The notes under the pieces are model-generated. The model saw nothing but the letters and a program-made list of their open reading frames with translations. It searched no databases and was not told the DNA's origin. A stretch of 58,499 nt of DNA from a virus (lineage: Duplodnaviria > Caudoviricetes), in the IMG/VR virus record IMGVR_UViG_3300027777_000004, positions 1-58,499 of that record. One strand, given 5' to 3'. Shown here in pieces: positions 1 to 10,312 of the stretch (position 1 is its first letter; every line of letters begins with the position of its first letter). Position numbers and translations under genes: made by a program.

Positions 1-99
1 GTACTTCATCGAAAGGGTAGACGTTCTCTCGGGAGGCGGGAGCTACTGGAAAAGCCCGACGTTAGTTGTGTCGGGCGGCAGTCCATTGAAGTCTGCCCA
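1..99. repeat. Terminal overlap identical to 58401-58499 (circular-assembly overlap)
   Basis: First 99 nt match the last 99 nt; the reading frame is continuous across the junction. Confidence 0.97.
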
Positions 100-3000
100 A
101 CTACGTGCGGTGGTGCAGGGCGGCAGCGTCGTCAGTGTCAATGTCGTTGACGGCGGCTCGGGATTCACTGGCCTGCCGACCATTACAGTAGACGAGTCAG
201 GGGTGAAGGGCGGCGGGTTCTTGGGCTTCGCCGTGGTGGGCACAGACCCCGGCCAGCAAGGGTTCGCATCCGCGCTCAACAAGACTTGCAGCGTTTCCAA
301 CAGCGGTGGCTTGAGCTACTTGAACTTTGCCAGCACTGCCGACCGGGATGCAGTGAAAGTAGGGATGTCAGTATTTGGCACTGGCATGGCCGCAACCTAC
401 GTAACTGCGGTTTCTACGTCCACTACGCAGGCTACGCTCGGGGATGTTCGCGCGACATTGGCCAGCACCACTATGACGTTCTCGTCGGGCGTGGTGACGG
501 GCAGCTTCACGAAGAACACCCACGCCTACACTGACGATCTTGCCAACACGACTATCGCCATCAAGAGTGGCAGCGACACGACTTCGGTGCCCGCCACGTA
601 CTCGGGTTCGAGCTACTCGGCCATCATTCCGCTGATTACTCAGGGGGCAAGTGCGGGGAAAGGTGCTTCCGCTCTTGTCTATTTCGACAAGACCGCATCT
701 TCACCGCTCAACTACCAGCTCGGGGGAAACGACTTCTGGACGGGGTCGGGCAATGGCTTTGCCAGCTTCGGCACCAGTAGCACAAGGTTCAAAGTATATG
801 ACGGTGAGTATTTCTACAATCGGGCCAGCCCCATCGCTCGCCCTACGCCCGAGAACACCAACATCGTCGGCTATCGCTATTGGTGGGACAACAAGGATTT
901 ATTCGCCGCCATCACGCCGGGGTTCACGTATAGGTTTGCCGGTCGCCAGCCGTTGAATCGCGTAATCAATGTCAACGGCAGCGGAACCCCCGGCTACACA
1001 ACCGGCCTAGCCTATGTCCCTGACTACTACACTATTTCGTATCGATATTTCACAGGTGCCCGCTCACAGATCGGCACCAGTGCGGACGCCGCTTCCTTGT
1101 GGCAGTGGGGCGAGGCCACTGTGCAGATTAACGGTGGAGTGCCCTACGTAGACATTACCCTCACGCCCGCACAAAAGACCCCCGGCGTGGCGTATGGCAA
1201 GGGTGCTGGCTACGTTGCCCCCCGGGTACGCATCTGGCTGCGGTATTGTCCTGCCTCTTGGCTTTGGAACGATCAGCCTGACGCTGGCTACACCCCTGTC
1301 AACACAGTAGAGAACGCCCAGCCTCAGACGGCTAACCAAGCCATCAACTTCTATCACGGCAGCTACGCTCAGTGGCTACGCGGGACTTCGGGCTACGCCA
1401 TAACAACAGGTGCCCCAGCCGACACTAACAAACGCTGGTGGCATCCGGGCAGCACCAGCAACTCGGCGGGCACTCTCAAACGCCCCATCGTTGACTTCCG
1501 AACGTCATTTGCCGCAGACGCGGCAGGCATAGCGAACGGCACAGTCGAGATTCTGGACTACGGAACGGGCCTAGAGTCGGGGACACTTTTTGCTCTGCAC
1601 TTTGAGCAGGCCAACTCCAATCATGTCGGCCTGTTCAACGTCGTCAACGTCGGCAACAACAACCGCACTACGTATTTCAATAGAGGAGCCTACGGCCCGC
1701 TCTGGTACGCGGGGCCTTCATATCAAGACAACAACCCCGCCATGACGCGGTACGATAGTGCCGTCCAAAATATAGGGGCGTTCCACGACCAAAGCGTAGC
1801 GGCGACCGCCCTCGGCTCTCAGCGGTTCTACTTCGGGGCCAACACCACTGGTGGCGGGCAGACGGGCATCCCCGCGCGAGTGCTGACCAGCCCGCTCCCG
1901 ACCGTCATCTCGGGCGGCGGGTTTTTCAAATCCGGCGACACCGCGAGCTTCACCCTGCGGCAGCGGGATATTGGCACTACGGGGTTTACCGATTCCGAAA
2001 CTTATACGTTCAGAGCATCGCAACTGACATCGCCCGGAACCCAAACGCAGATTACTCGCGTCGATGTTTCCCAGCCGGGGGCAGGGTATCTGTCGGCCCC
2101 GACCTTGGTGGCGACGGGTGGCGGCGGGGTGGGATTGCAGCTTTCTGCTGCGGTGAGTGGTGGGGCGATTGCCTCTGTGAGTGTTGCCGACCCGGGCACT
2201 GGCTATTCCTCGGGGCCGATCATCACTACCGACTCCCGCACAGCGCAGCTCATCCCTGTCATGCGGCCCGCGATGCGGGGTGCGTACCGTTGTGCCTACC
2301 GCTTCGCTGATTGGTCTGCCACCGTTATTTCCACAGTCACCGCAACAACGGTCAACGGCAGTGCAGCGGTCTTCGTGAGTTCCGCGACGGGCATCAAGCC
2401 GGGGATGGTACTTGAGGGTGAGGGCCTCCCGTGGCAGGCCAAGGTTGTCTCCATTGCGGGGGCAACACTGACGCTGTCTAGCCCAGCCACCATCGACGGG
2501 TCCACCTCTGCCGTGGTGCGGGATATGTCCAAGCCCATCACCTACAGTTCGTTCTCCCCGATCACTGACGTTGATACTGCCTCGTCTGCATCCGCCGCCC
2601 CCAGCCAGATGGTGTGGTCGCTGGCTGGTGTTCAGCCGCCCGCACGCGCGCAGGTGGTTGAGTTCTTTCGCACCTCTGCCGATCAGTCGCTTGTGTTCTA
2701 CCGGCTAGAGCAGTACGGCCTGTGTGCAGGTGGGGCTATCACTCAGGTTGGCACAGACACCCTAACTGACGAGCAGCTCTTCGATGCGAGCCGCAGATTC
2801 TATGCCGCCGTCCCGGTAGTTTTGCCCAACGGCAATCTGAACGCCTATCGGTTCGGCGTTCCGCGATCCGACAGGAGTGTGTGCGTGTCTTATGGCGACC
2901 GGCTTTGGTACGCAGTCTCCACTTCGGGGGATAAGTGCAACACTGTGTCGTTCAGTGAGTACGATGAGTTTGAATCTTGTCCAGACATCAACGAAATCAC

Positions 3001-4321
3001 CATCCAAAACAACGTAGTCAGTGCCGACACAATCACCGCCCTAGTGCCGTACTCGACTAGCCTCATGGTGTTCCAAGGGAGCCACTGCTATTCCCTTGAC
3101 TACAACACTAGCCCGCTGGATGACCCCGCCATCTCCCTCATTGCACAGCGGGGGTGCTTGAACCAACGATGCCATGACATCTTTGACTACAGTATGTATT
3201 GCATGGATGAACGGGGCATCTACGCCCTATCGGCCAGCGGCGACGTTGAGAACCTGTCCGACACCATCGGCAACTACTTCTATGACAACTTGATTAAGTT
3301 CTCACTCAAGCACACCTTCTTCTTGAAGGTTGAGAAGTCTACGAAGATTCTGCGGGCGTTTGTTTGCGTCAATTCAACTACGTATCCAGATACCGCCCTC
3401 TGCTATCGGATAGGGGAGAAGACTTGGTGGGTGGAGACTTTCCCGACCACCCTCACCGATTCATGCGAACTGCGTAGGCTCACGCGCGAGCAGCCCGTCT
3501 ACGCCAGCGCGAGCGGGGATATTTACGCCTTCACGGGCAACACTGACATAGCCTATCGGAGCCTATCTGCGGCTGGAGTCAGTGATGCTGGCGGCGGGTA
3601 CATCACGCCACCTACTGTGACGGTGGACCCCTCAAATGCCTCTGGGGTTGGCGTCGGGGCTAGACTTCGAGCGATCATCGCAGACGGTCAAGTCACAGAG
3701 GTTCTCGTCCTCGACGGCGGCTCGGGTTACGGATCATTCGGTACTGCCGGGGATGACGGCATAGTTCCATTTGTCTCGTCGGTGCCGCTTCTTATAGGTG
3801 CGCCGCCTGCGGGCGGGACGCAAGCGATTGCAGCCGCTACCGCCCTTGCCCCCGACATTCGCCGGTATCAGACGGTCAACTGGTCGTTTAAGAGCGGGGC
3901 GATGGAATTCCTCACAGACGGCAACACTCGAAACGGCGAGCGGATGACAGACCGATCTGTGATCCTCACCTACGAACCCACGGCCACCAGCCACCGCGTC
4001 GATCTAAGGGAATACTTCAACAACGCACCCTACCCACGCAGCAATACCATCCACCGCGACCGGGGTACGGGCTTTGTGCAGGAGCCAGACGGGGCCAGGA
4101 CGAGTTTGGACATCTCGGCAACTCGCAGTGCCTTGGGCCTTGCAACCGGCGTGGCTAAAGCCCAGTTCGCGGGCAGGAGTTACGAGGACATGGCCAGCTC
4201 CGACAGGCACATAGCGGTCGAATTTGCCCATATCTCACAGGCGATAGACCCAGCAGTCAGTACGCCATCGCAGGTTGTCCTCCACTCCGTAGACGTTCGA
4301 GGAGTGCAGGAGAATGGCTAG
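1..4321 (+). CDS. 3' part of ~1605-aa tail nozzle / tail tubular protein B-like virion protein (starts at 57904, crosses the junction)
   Basis: Frame continuous with ATG 57904; follows the adaptor gene; C-terminal beta-propeller-like segment (GDRLWYAVS...ITALVPYSTSLMVF); repeated GxGYxxxPxVxV beta motifs. Confidence 0.7.
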   Translation, partial: YFIERVDVLSGGGSYWKSPTLVVSGGSPLKSAQLRAVVQGGSVVSVNVVDGGSGFTGLPTITVDESGVKGGGFLGFAVVGTDPGQQGFASALNKTCSVSNSGGLSYLNFASTADRDAVKVGMSVFGTGMAATYVTAVSTSTTQATLGDVRATLASTTMTFSSGVVTGSFTKNTHAYTDDLANTTIAIKSGSDTTSVPATYSGSSYSAIIPLITQGASAGKGASALVYFDKTASSPLNYQLGGNDFWTGSGNGFASFGTSSTRFKVYDGEYFYNRASPIARPTPENTNIVGYRYWWDNKDLFAAITPGFTYRFAGRQPLNRVINVNGSGTPGYTTGLAYVPDYYTISYRYFTGARSQIGTSADAASLWQWGEATVQINGGVPYVDITLTPAQKTPGVAYGKGAGYVAPRVRIWLRYCPASWLWNDQPDAGYTPVNTVENAQPQTANQAINFYHGSYAQWLRGTSGYAITTGAPADTNKRWWHPGSTSNSAGTLKRPIVDFRTSFAADAAGIANGTVEILDYGTGLESGTLFALHFEQANSNHVGLFNVVNVGNNNRTTYFNRGAYGPLWYAGPSYQDNNPAMTRYDSAVQNIGAFHDQSVAATALGSQRFYFGANTTGGGQTGIPARVLTSPLPTVISGGGFFKSGDTASFTLRQRDIGTTGFTDSETYTFRASQLTSPGTQTQITRVDVSQPGAGYLSAPTLVATGGGGVGLQLSAAVSGGAIASVSVADPGTGYSSGPIITTDSRTAQLIPVMRPAMRGAYRCAYRFADWSATVISTVTATTVNGSAAVFVSSATGIKPGMVLEGEGLPWQAKVVSIAGATLTLSSPATIDGSTSAVVRDMSKPITYSSFSPITDVDTASSASAAPSQMVWSLAGVQPPARAQVVEFFRTSADQSLVFYRLEQYGLCAGGAITQVGTDTLTDEQLFDASRRFYAAVPVVLPNGNLNAYRFGVPRSDRSVCVSYGDRLWYAVSTSGDKCNTVSFSEYDEFESCPDINEITIQNNVVSADTITALVPYSTSLMVFQGSHCYSLDYNTSPLDDPAISLIAQRGCLNQRCHDIFDYSMYCMDERGIYALSASGDVENLSDTIGNYFYDNLIKFSLKHTFFLKVEKSTKILRAFVCVNSTTYPDTALCYRIGEKTWWVETFPTTLTDSCELRRLTREQPVYASASGDIYAFTGNTDIAYRSLSAAGVSDAGGGYITPPTVTVDPSNASGVGVGARLRAIIADGQVTEVLVLDGGSGYGSFGTAGDDGIVPFVSSVPLLIGAPPAGGTQAIAAATALAPDIRRYQTVNWSFKSGAMEFLTDGNTRNGERMTDRSVILTYEPTATSHRVDLREYFNNAPYPRSNTIHRDRGTGFVQEPDGARTSLDISATRSALGLATGVAKAQFAGRSYEDMASSDRHIAVEFAHISQAIDPAVSTPSQVVLHSVDVRGVQENG

Positions 4322-5258
4322 TCAGTCTGGCAATCTGATCCAGAACCTTATTTCTGGGGGCATGGCAGCACCGCTGGCCAAGCTTGTCGCCAACGCTATT
4401 GCCAACGGCAACACGGGCCAGTTGTCGAAGGGGGGCGACTCCGTAGACGGCACGCCCGCGCGGGCAATGCGAATGATCGACGCCGACGCTCGCCGGTATC
4501 AGTTCCCGAATCTGGACTACTCCCCCGACCAGCCCTATCAAGACACTCTCGGGGATAGTCCGGTGCAATATACGGACGCAACCGGCATCCACCCGTACCA
4601 AGACTCGCAGCCTGTCAAAGCTAGTCCACCATTATCGCAACCTGCGATAAAGGGCGGGGCCTACATCGACGCTGTGCCGGGGGTCGAGAACAACGCCTCT
4701 CAGACGATGGTGAGTCTGAGAATCAAGCAGGGGGACGGCACGCACTTGCGGCTCAATCCGGCCACCAACGGCATCGACAGTGTGCCGCTGACGTTCAGCT
4801 CCCCACAAGGGATTGTGGCTGGAAGTGTCTCGGAAACAGAGGCAGGGACAGAGATCACCCTGTCAGTGCCAAATCAAACCCTGCTCGGCATCTTGTCGGT
4901 CTACAACCGGCCCGTCTATCAGTGTCGGGCGTGGGCACTGTTTTCAGCCAAGAAAAACACGGCTGGCACTGACGACATCTCCACCCTGCCCCTGACCAAT
5001 CGGCTCATACGCAACAGCGGCAATGTGTCCAGTGTGCTGCGGGCCAGCTCGGGTGTTTACCAAGTGTTTTTCACGACGCCCATGCTGACTACCACCTACG
5101 CCGTGATGGTAACGACTAGTGCCGAAACAGTTGTATTGTCAGGGCGGGCAGTTACGGCGAATCACACGACCACATATTGCCAAGTTTTCCTCACGAATGC
5201 GGCCCAGACCGCAGTCGAGAACAACAGCGACTACGTGCATGTCGCCGTATTCGAGTAG
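4314..5258 (+). CDS. Virion/tail protein with C-terminal tail-fibre-type domain
   Basis: C-terminal CRAWALF...SGNVSSVLRASSGVYQVFFTTPM...YAV motif common at phage fibre tips; overlaps upstream stop. Confidence 0.55.
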   Translation: MASQSGNLIQNLISGGMAAPLAKLVANAIANGNTGQLSKGGDSVDGTPARAMRMIDADARRYQFPNLDYSPDQPYQDTLGDSPVQYTDATGIHPYQDSQPVKASPPLSQPAIKGGAYIDAVPGVENNASQTMVSLRIKQGDGTHLRLNPATNGIDSVPLTFSSPQGIVAGSVSETEAGTEITLSVPNQTLLGILSVYNRPVYQCRAWALFSAKKNTAGTDDISTLPLTNRLIRNSGNVSSVLRASSGVYQVFFTTPMLTTTYAVMVTTSAETVVLSGRAVTANHTTTYCQVFLTNAAQTAVENNSDYVHVAVFE

Positions 5259-5285
5259 CTGTCCAGATAAAGGGTAGGAGTTGCC

Positions 5286-5858
5286 ATGCTGCCAAAGCCA
5301 AAGTTCGCACAACCGCCCATGAAGCAGGCCCCGGTCACGCCGGGGTTGACGGGCAATTTCGGCTCTAGCATCCCAACCGCCGCACCCCTCGCCGGATCAC
5401 AAACGCAGCAATATTCTGCGATGAAGCCTGTTTTTCAGCCCCAAGGTGGCGGATTCGGGGCGGCAGACCAAAGCCGCAGCGCGTTTGCCCGGGCCCTCTC
5501 GGACTCCGCTAATGTCGGCACTCAGGCCGATATGCAGGAATTCAACCTAGGGCTACAGCGAAAGAGCCAAGACGCGGTAGCCAGAGACGTACAGCAACAG
5601 CGGCAGATCGGCACAGACAGATTCGGGATGGGGCGGCAGGCAGATACCGTTCGGGCAGACATTCGCAATCGCCGCGCTCAGGGCATGGCCGACATTGCTA
5701 CCAAGTTGTCTATCAGCCGCAAGAACGCCAACGCTGCCGCACTGGACAACGCCGTAAATTTTACGACGGGGGCTATGAGCCTCTTTAGCCCCACTGGGTC
5801 TTTTAGGACGGGTGCCCACGCAGCCAGCGGGATGCTTGGCGGATTGATGAGTTATTAA
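5286..5858 (+). CDS. Putative internal virion (ejection) protein
   Basis: AGGAG RBS; Q/A/G-rich helical protein downstream of the nozzle, as in podoviruses. Confidence 0.5.
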   Translation: MLPKPKFAQPPMKQAPVTPGLTGNFGSSIPTAAPLAGSQTQQYSAMKPVFQPQGGGFGAADQSRSAFARALSDSANVGTQADMQEFNLGLQRKSQDAVARDVQQQRQIGTDRFGMGRQADTVRADIRNRRAQGMADIATKLSISRKNANAAALDNAVNFTTGAMSLFSPTGSFRTGAHAASGMLGGLMSY

Positions 5859-6355
5859 TGTTTTCTACAGGCAGTTACACACCGACATACGCCGCGCCCA
5901 TCAAGGCGACGGGCGAAGTTGCGCGTCGCCAGCGTAACGACGCGATGGGCCAGATGGCCTTTTACGGCGATAAACGGCAATACAACCAAGACACTGCCGC
6001 AGGCAAGGGCGTGGCCGCTGGCGGGCTGGGGGCTCAGTTTCGGGCGGGCCTCACCGGGGACATGGCCGCGAGCAAGCGGGCCACTCAGGCCCAGGCGGGC
6101 ATGCTGGACTACCTCAAGGACTCGGCTGGCGAAGACCTACGTTTTAGTAGCGGACGCGCGGAAGAAGCTAATTCTTTGAGCAGTCTGCTATTGGACAGAG
6201 ACAAGACCAATCTCGACTTCAACCTCAGTGGGCAGAGGCGGCAAATGGAGTCGCAACTCGCACAAAGCCAGAGGGATGCCGAAAGCAAAGCCGCCGACAT
6301 GCAGCGTAAAACTCGGACCTCACAATCTATCCTTGGCCTATTTGGATTGGCATAG
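5858..6355 (+). CDS. Putative internal virion (ejection) protein
   Basis: TAATG coupling; A/Q/G-rich with a hydrophobic Gly-rich C-terminus. Confidence 0.5.
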   Translation: MFSTGSYTPTYAAPIKATGEVARRQRNDAMGQMAFYGDKRQYNQDTAAGKGVAAGGLGAQFRAGLTGDMAASKRATQAQAGMLDYLKDSAGEDLRFSSGRAEEANSLSSLLLDRDKTNLDFNLSGQRRQMESQLAQSQRDAESKAADMQRKTRTSQSILGLFGLA

Positions 6356-6359
6356 AACT

Positions 6360-6707
6360 ATGAAACACGAACCCCAGAGTGAAGTAGAACTCAACTATGA
6401 GTTCGACCTGTCGGACATCAAGCCCGAAGTGGTTACCCGCATGTTGAAGCAGGCCATGAAGCGCGAGGCCATGCGGTCGCTCCCATCGGACAAGCGGAAG
6501 GCCGCTGCGGAGGAAGACGACGGGGAGGGGTCTGACGATAGCGAAATCGGGGAGGAGATGGGCAAGCTGGCCGACCTCAAAGAAGAGTCAGGCAAGGCCC
6601 CGCCCATTTCGGTGTCGCCCGAGGACATGGCTAAATCTACGGCCAAGAAACTAGCCGGTGACCTAGCTGCGGCCCGTGACAAGAATGCCCCCGGGAAGAA
6701 GTCCTAA
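6360..6707 (+). CDS. Hypothetical charged protein
   Basis: ATG 6360 in frame with the track ORF; TAATG coupling to the next gene. Confidence 0.55.
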   Translation: MKHEPQSEVELNYEFDLSDIKPEVVTRMLKQAMKREAMRSLPSDKRKAAAEEDDGEGSDDSEIGEEMGKLADLKEESGKAPPISVSPEDMAKSTAKKLAGDLAAARDKNAPGKKS

Positions 6708-8506
6708 TGTCCAAAAAGAAGCCGCCGAAGCCCACGAAGGCCGTTCAGACCAAGCCGCCGAAGGCCATTCCGGCAGCACAACAGCCACTCGACGGTGGTC
6801 TGTCCCGGCAAGTGGACCCCGAGGATGCCCTGCTTCCGACGCCGCCGCCGCGCAACATGGCCGGGAAGATCACTATTGGGTCGTCGCTGCGAGGCTTGTT
6901 GCAGCGGGCCAAGAAGTCGGGGGATTATTCCGGCATACGGGCATACGCAGAGCGATTGGACATTGAGCAGCAGCGCAGCCCCAATGAGCCCATCGCCGCC
7001 CCGTTCCATGAGGCCCTCAATCAGCTCCCGTCTGCCGACCGCGAGGCAGTAGAGGCCATGCTGAGTGACCTGCCGACATTCAAGGCACTGGACAGCACGG
7101 CCTTTGACGACTTGCGGGACGCTACCGGAGCAGTCACTCCAGTAGAGGACGTTGTCGATCCTACCGCTCTCGCAGGGATGCAGCGGCTCAACGAACTCTA
7201 CAACGCTCAGTCAGAGCTGCGCGTCTCCGTACCAGACTTCGACGCCACTCCTGACGGCAAGCGTCTACAGAGTGAGATTGAGCAGCTCTCGCGGGGTAAG
7301 GACTTGTCAGAGATGGCTGGGCCTGACCTGACAGTCGTTGACGCCCCAGATGACATTGAGCCGGGGCCAGCCGCCCCGTTCGAGGTGCCGCTTGACCGCA
7401 GGCTATCCACCTACGCAGGCCGAGAGGCCATGCAGAACACCAAGCTCAAGACTAAGTTCGAGAGCGACCCAATTCGTGAGCTGCGGCGATTATCCCCTGA
7501 GATGCAGGATATTCGCCGCGTCGAGCAGATGCAGGAAGCTGCCGACAAGGGTGGCGTGAATGTTGATGTGTTCCCCACCCTGCCAGCGGCAGTCGAGGGT
7601 ACATCTGCCAAGGCTAAAAATACTGCGGCTCGTCTGGCCATCGAACGGGCCGGTACTCAAAGCACTATCGCCCAACCCGGCACCCTCTCGCCCGAATACA
7701 ACAAGCCGACCCAGCTTGGTGTTCCTTTGCGTGTTGGCGCATCGTCCGACAGGATTGGCGACCTTAATGCAGAGCGGAGCATGAGGCACCCCGCCGACCA
7801 ACTCCTGAGAAACCTCATTGAGGCGACAGGGGCCAAGACGGGCTCAACTGGTGCGCTTGACACTTTGAGCAGAAGTGACACGGGTGCCTACAGCATCGCG
7901 GACATGGATGAGGCTGCAAACACGACTGTCAATCTCGACTCTATTTTCCCCCAAAGCCGTGGACTGTTCCCTTCCATAGGCGCGGACGGGACGACTACGC
8001 ACGAACAGGCTACGGCTGATCTCATAGCCAGACTGCTAATTGGCAAGATTGAGGCAGCGCAGGGGGTGGAACTTGGGCCAGATTACGTGACCAAGATTAC
8101 GCCGCTGATTGAGCGAAGCCTGCAAGAGAGTGCCGACACTCGGCCCCGCACCCCAGAAGCCCAGAAATTCTTGAACTACAAATTTCAGCCCGGGCCGCAG
8201 GGGATGAAGTTCCTGTCTAAGCAAGCAGGCAGCAACACTTTGAACATCGGCGGGCCTGCCCAGCCAGCACTCCCCGCGCCGCCTGCGGCACCACCCCCAC
8301 CGTTCATGCTGGATGACATTGAGGGCGTACCGCCAGAGCTAGAGTCGATGCCGCAGCCGCCGCCACCGGGACAGAAGCGGCCAGTACCGCCCCCGCTCGA
8401 CCTTAGTCAGATGGGTATTCCAGAGCAGTACGGTGCAGAAATGCTTATGGGAATGCCCGACCAGCAGATGAGTCCCCTTCTCCGTCGCATCCTCGCAAGG
8501 ACTTGA
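6707..8506 (+). CDS. Hypothetical Pro-rich protein, putative internal virion protein
   Basis: 599-aa ORF in the late operon; poly-Pro C-terminus. Confidence 0.6.
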   Translation: MSKKKPPKPTKAVQTKPPKAIPAAQQPLDGGLSRQVDPEDALLPTPPPRNMAGKITIGSSLRGLLQRAKKSGDYSGIRAYAERLDIEQQRSPNEPIAAPFHEALNQLPSADREAVEAMLSDLPTFKALDSTAFDDLRDATGAVTPVEDVVDPTALAGMQRLNELYNAQSELRVSVPDFDATPDGKRLQSEIEQLSRGKDLSEMAGPDLTVVDAPDDIEPGPAAPFEVPLDRRLSTYAGREAMQNTKLKTKFESDPIRELRRLSPEMQDIRRVEQMQEAADKGGVNVDVFPTLPAAVEGTSAKAKNTAARLAIERAGTQSTIAQPGTLSPEYNKPTQLGVPLRVGASSDRIGDLNAERSMRHPADQLLRNLIEATGAKTGSTGALDTLSRSDTGAYSIADMDEAANTTVNLDSIFPQSRGLFPSIGADGTTTHEQATADLIARLLIGKIEAAQGVELGPDYVTKITPLIERSLQESADTRPRTPEAQKFLNYKFQPGPQGMKFLSKQAGSNTLNIGGPAQPALPAPPAAPPPPFMLDDIEGVPPELESMPQPPPPGQKRPVPPPLDLSQMGIPEQYGAEMLMGMPDQQMSPLLRRILART

Positions 8507-8512
8507 CCGGCC

Positions 8513-9370
8513 ATGGCCCCACGTAAACCACCTAAACCAAAAGTTCCGACACCTCCGAAGAACACCACGCCCCCGCCGCTGAACCTAGGGGACGCGATCA
8601 CGGGGGACCGGCAGAGCAATCAAGTCACCAAGAATATGCGGACTGATCTGACCAAGTTGCTGGTCGATCAGGCCAAAGCTGCCGACCCTAACGCTGATGT
8701 GTCCGCAGTCGCCCCCATGGTCAAAGCCATGGATGTGACCGCCCTTGGGGAAGCACTAGATAGGGCCCGCAACCCCGATCCTATTTCTACGGATGCGGAT
8801 TTAGGCCCCCTGCCACCAAAACCAATCGTAGTGCCCAAGAGGGGCCGCAAGAAAGCCGCTGATACAAACACCCCGCCAGATACCACTCCCGCGCCCATCG
8901 AAGTTGAGAAGCAGCGAAAGAAGAAGCAGCAGCCGCGCGACCCCGCGAAGCAGACCTACTCGAAGCCATTAGGCCCACTGCCGGAAGCTCCGACGCCCAA
9001 AAAGAGGGCGACTACAGCTAATGACCCGCCCCCTCCTGTGAATGAGGGTACGGAGCCAAGGTTTGGCCAGTACGATCCAGTGGTAACTCTCGGGCGACTC
9101 GGATTGACGGGTCTTTTCCACTCCCCGACAGGCATGGTCGCTGGCGGGGCTGCTGCCTTGTACGCTCTTAATAAGCTAGCCGAGATGGGGCGAACTCCAC
9201 CCCCGGGCCAGCCGCCGTTGCCCCCAGACATCGGCAACATGCCACCGGCATCCCCGCCGCCGCCCCCGGGCGGCACACCGCCCGTTCCGTTCCCTATCGA
9301 CGAGGAAGACGACGAACAAAAGCTACAGCAATTACCACCAGACGATTACCGCCGATTTCTCAAGAAGTAA
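8513..9370 (+). CDS. Hypothetical Pro/Lys-rich protein with one hydrophobic segment
   Basis: 285-aa ORF, low complexity, GMVAGGAAALYAL segment. Confidence 0.55.
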   Translation: MAPRKPPKPKVPTPPKNTTPPPLNLGDAITGDRQSNQVTKNMRTDLTKLLVDQAKAADPNADVSAVAPMVKAMDVTALGEALDRARNPDPISTDADLGPLPPKPIVVPKRGRKKAADTNTPPDTTPAPIEVEKQRKKKQQPRDPAKQTYSKPLGPLPEAPTPKKRATTANDPPPPVNEGTEPRFGQYDPVVTLGRLGLTGLFHSPTGMVAGGAAALYALNKLAEMGRTPPPGQPPLPPDIGNMPPASPPPPPGGTPPVPFPIDEEDDEQKLQQLPPDDYRRFLKK

Positions 9371-9387
9371 CCCCCTAGGTAGTCCCA

Positions 9388-9732
9388 ATGGCCATCACGC
9401 ATATTGCCCGAGTCACTGAGACGTTTACTAATCCTGTTGGTGCAGCAACAACGGTTGGGGCTGCGGACGCCTTCAGCCTCAATACGGCGGTAGGTGCTGT
9501 TCTGAGATGCACTGCCACCACCGGAAGCACTGCTGTGGTGGTGAAGTTCTATGTCTTAGGGACTGCGGACGGCACGGGCTTCGAGCTACGCGACGCAACC
9601 AATACCGCAGTCAGCGTTACAGTCGCTCCAAATTGTGCCTACGAACTTCCTTCAGAGCTGTTCGCGGCCCCATTTGTTAAGATGATTACTGCGACGGGCA
9701 CCGCCACATTCACCATTTCCACCAAGTCGTAG
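9388..9732 (+). CDS. Small beta-rich virion protein
   Basis: 114-aa T/A/V-rich ORF in the structural region. Confidence 0.55.
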   Translation: MAITHIARVTETFTNPVGAATTVGAADAFSLNTAVGAVLRCTATTGSTAVVVKFYVLGTADGTGFELRDATNTAVSVTVAPNCAYELPSELFAAPFVKMITATGTATFTISTKS

Positions 9733-9739
9733 CCATGCC

Positions 9740-9937
9740 ATGCCACAAGACCATCGCAAGCTGCGGCCAAGAAAAAAGAAGGTCATTGTTGCCGTCGTCG
9801 CCTTCTACTTAGGGACAGAAGGTTCGCCGCCGGATCGGATCACTACGGAAACCAATGACTATCTGATCTGTGAGCAGACGGATATTTCGACCAGCACTAT
9901 CACGTATTTCGACTTCATCAACTTCCGCTTCTTCTAG
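9740..9937 (+). CDS. Hypothetical small protein (fibre-adaptor-like motif ITTETNDYLICEQ)
   Basis: Fills the gap in the operon. Confidence 0.45.
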   Translation: MPQDHRKLRPRKKKVIVAVVAFYLGTEGSPPDRITTETNDYLICEQTDISTSTITYFDFINFRFF

Positions 9938-9952
9938 TAACAGGTAGCACTC

Positions 9953-10312
9953 ATGGCAGTACCGAATCTCAACGCATCGACCACTACCGTCAATGGCAAG
10001 ATGACAGTGACCGCGCTCACCACCTCGTCGCAGAACATCGTCAGCGTCGGCGGCGGTGAAGTTCGCTCTGTCCGCGTCCGCGCTATGTTCGTCACCAATC
10101 GAACGGCCATTACGCAGAGTGCTACGCTCAACCTTGTGCGGGGGGGCGTGACATACCCTATGGTTTTCGAGGCGTCTGTCATTCGCAATTCTATCTACAA
10201 CATCGCCAGCCTTGACGATGCGCTGTACCTCGAACCCGGCGACACCATTGCCGCAGCAGCCGGTGCCGCATCGGCCATTACCCTGTTCATTAGCTACGAG
10301 GACTGTTTCTGA
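9953..10312 (+). CDS. Small virion/tail-fibre accessory protein
   Basis: C-terminal LYLEPGDTI...ISYE motif typical of small phage structural proteins; TGATG coupling. Confidence 0.55.
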   Translation: MAVPNLNASTTTVNGKMTVTALTTSSQNIVSVGGGEVRSVRVRAMFVTNRTAITQSATLNLVRGGVTYPMVFEASVIRNSIYNIASLDDALYLEPGDTIAAAAGAASAITLFISYEDCF

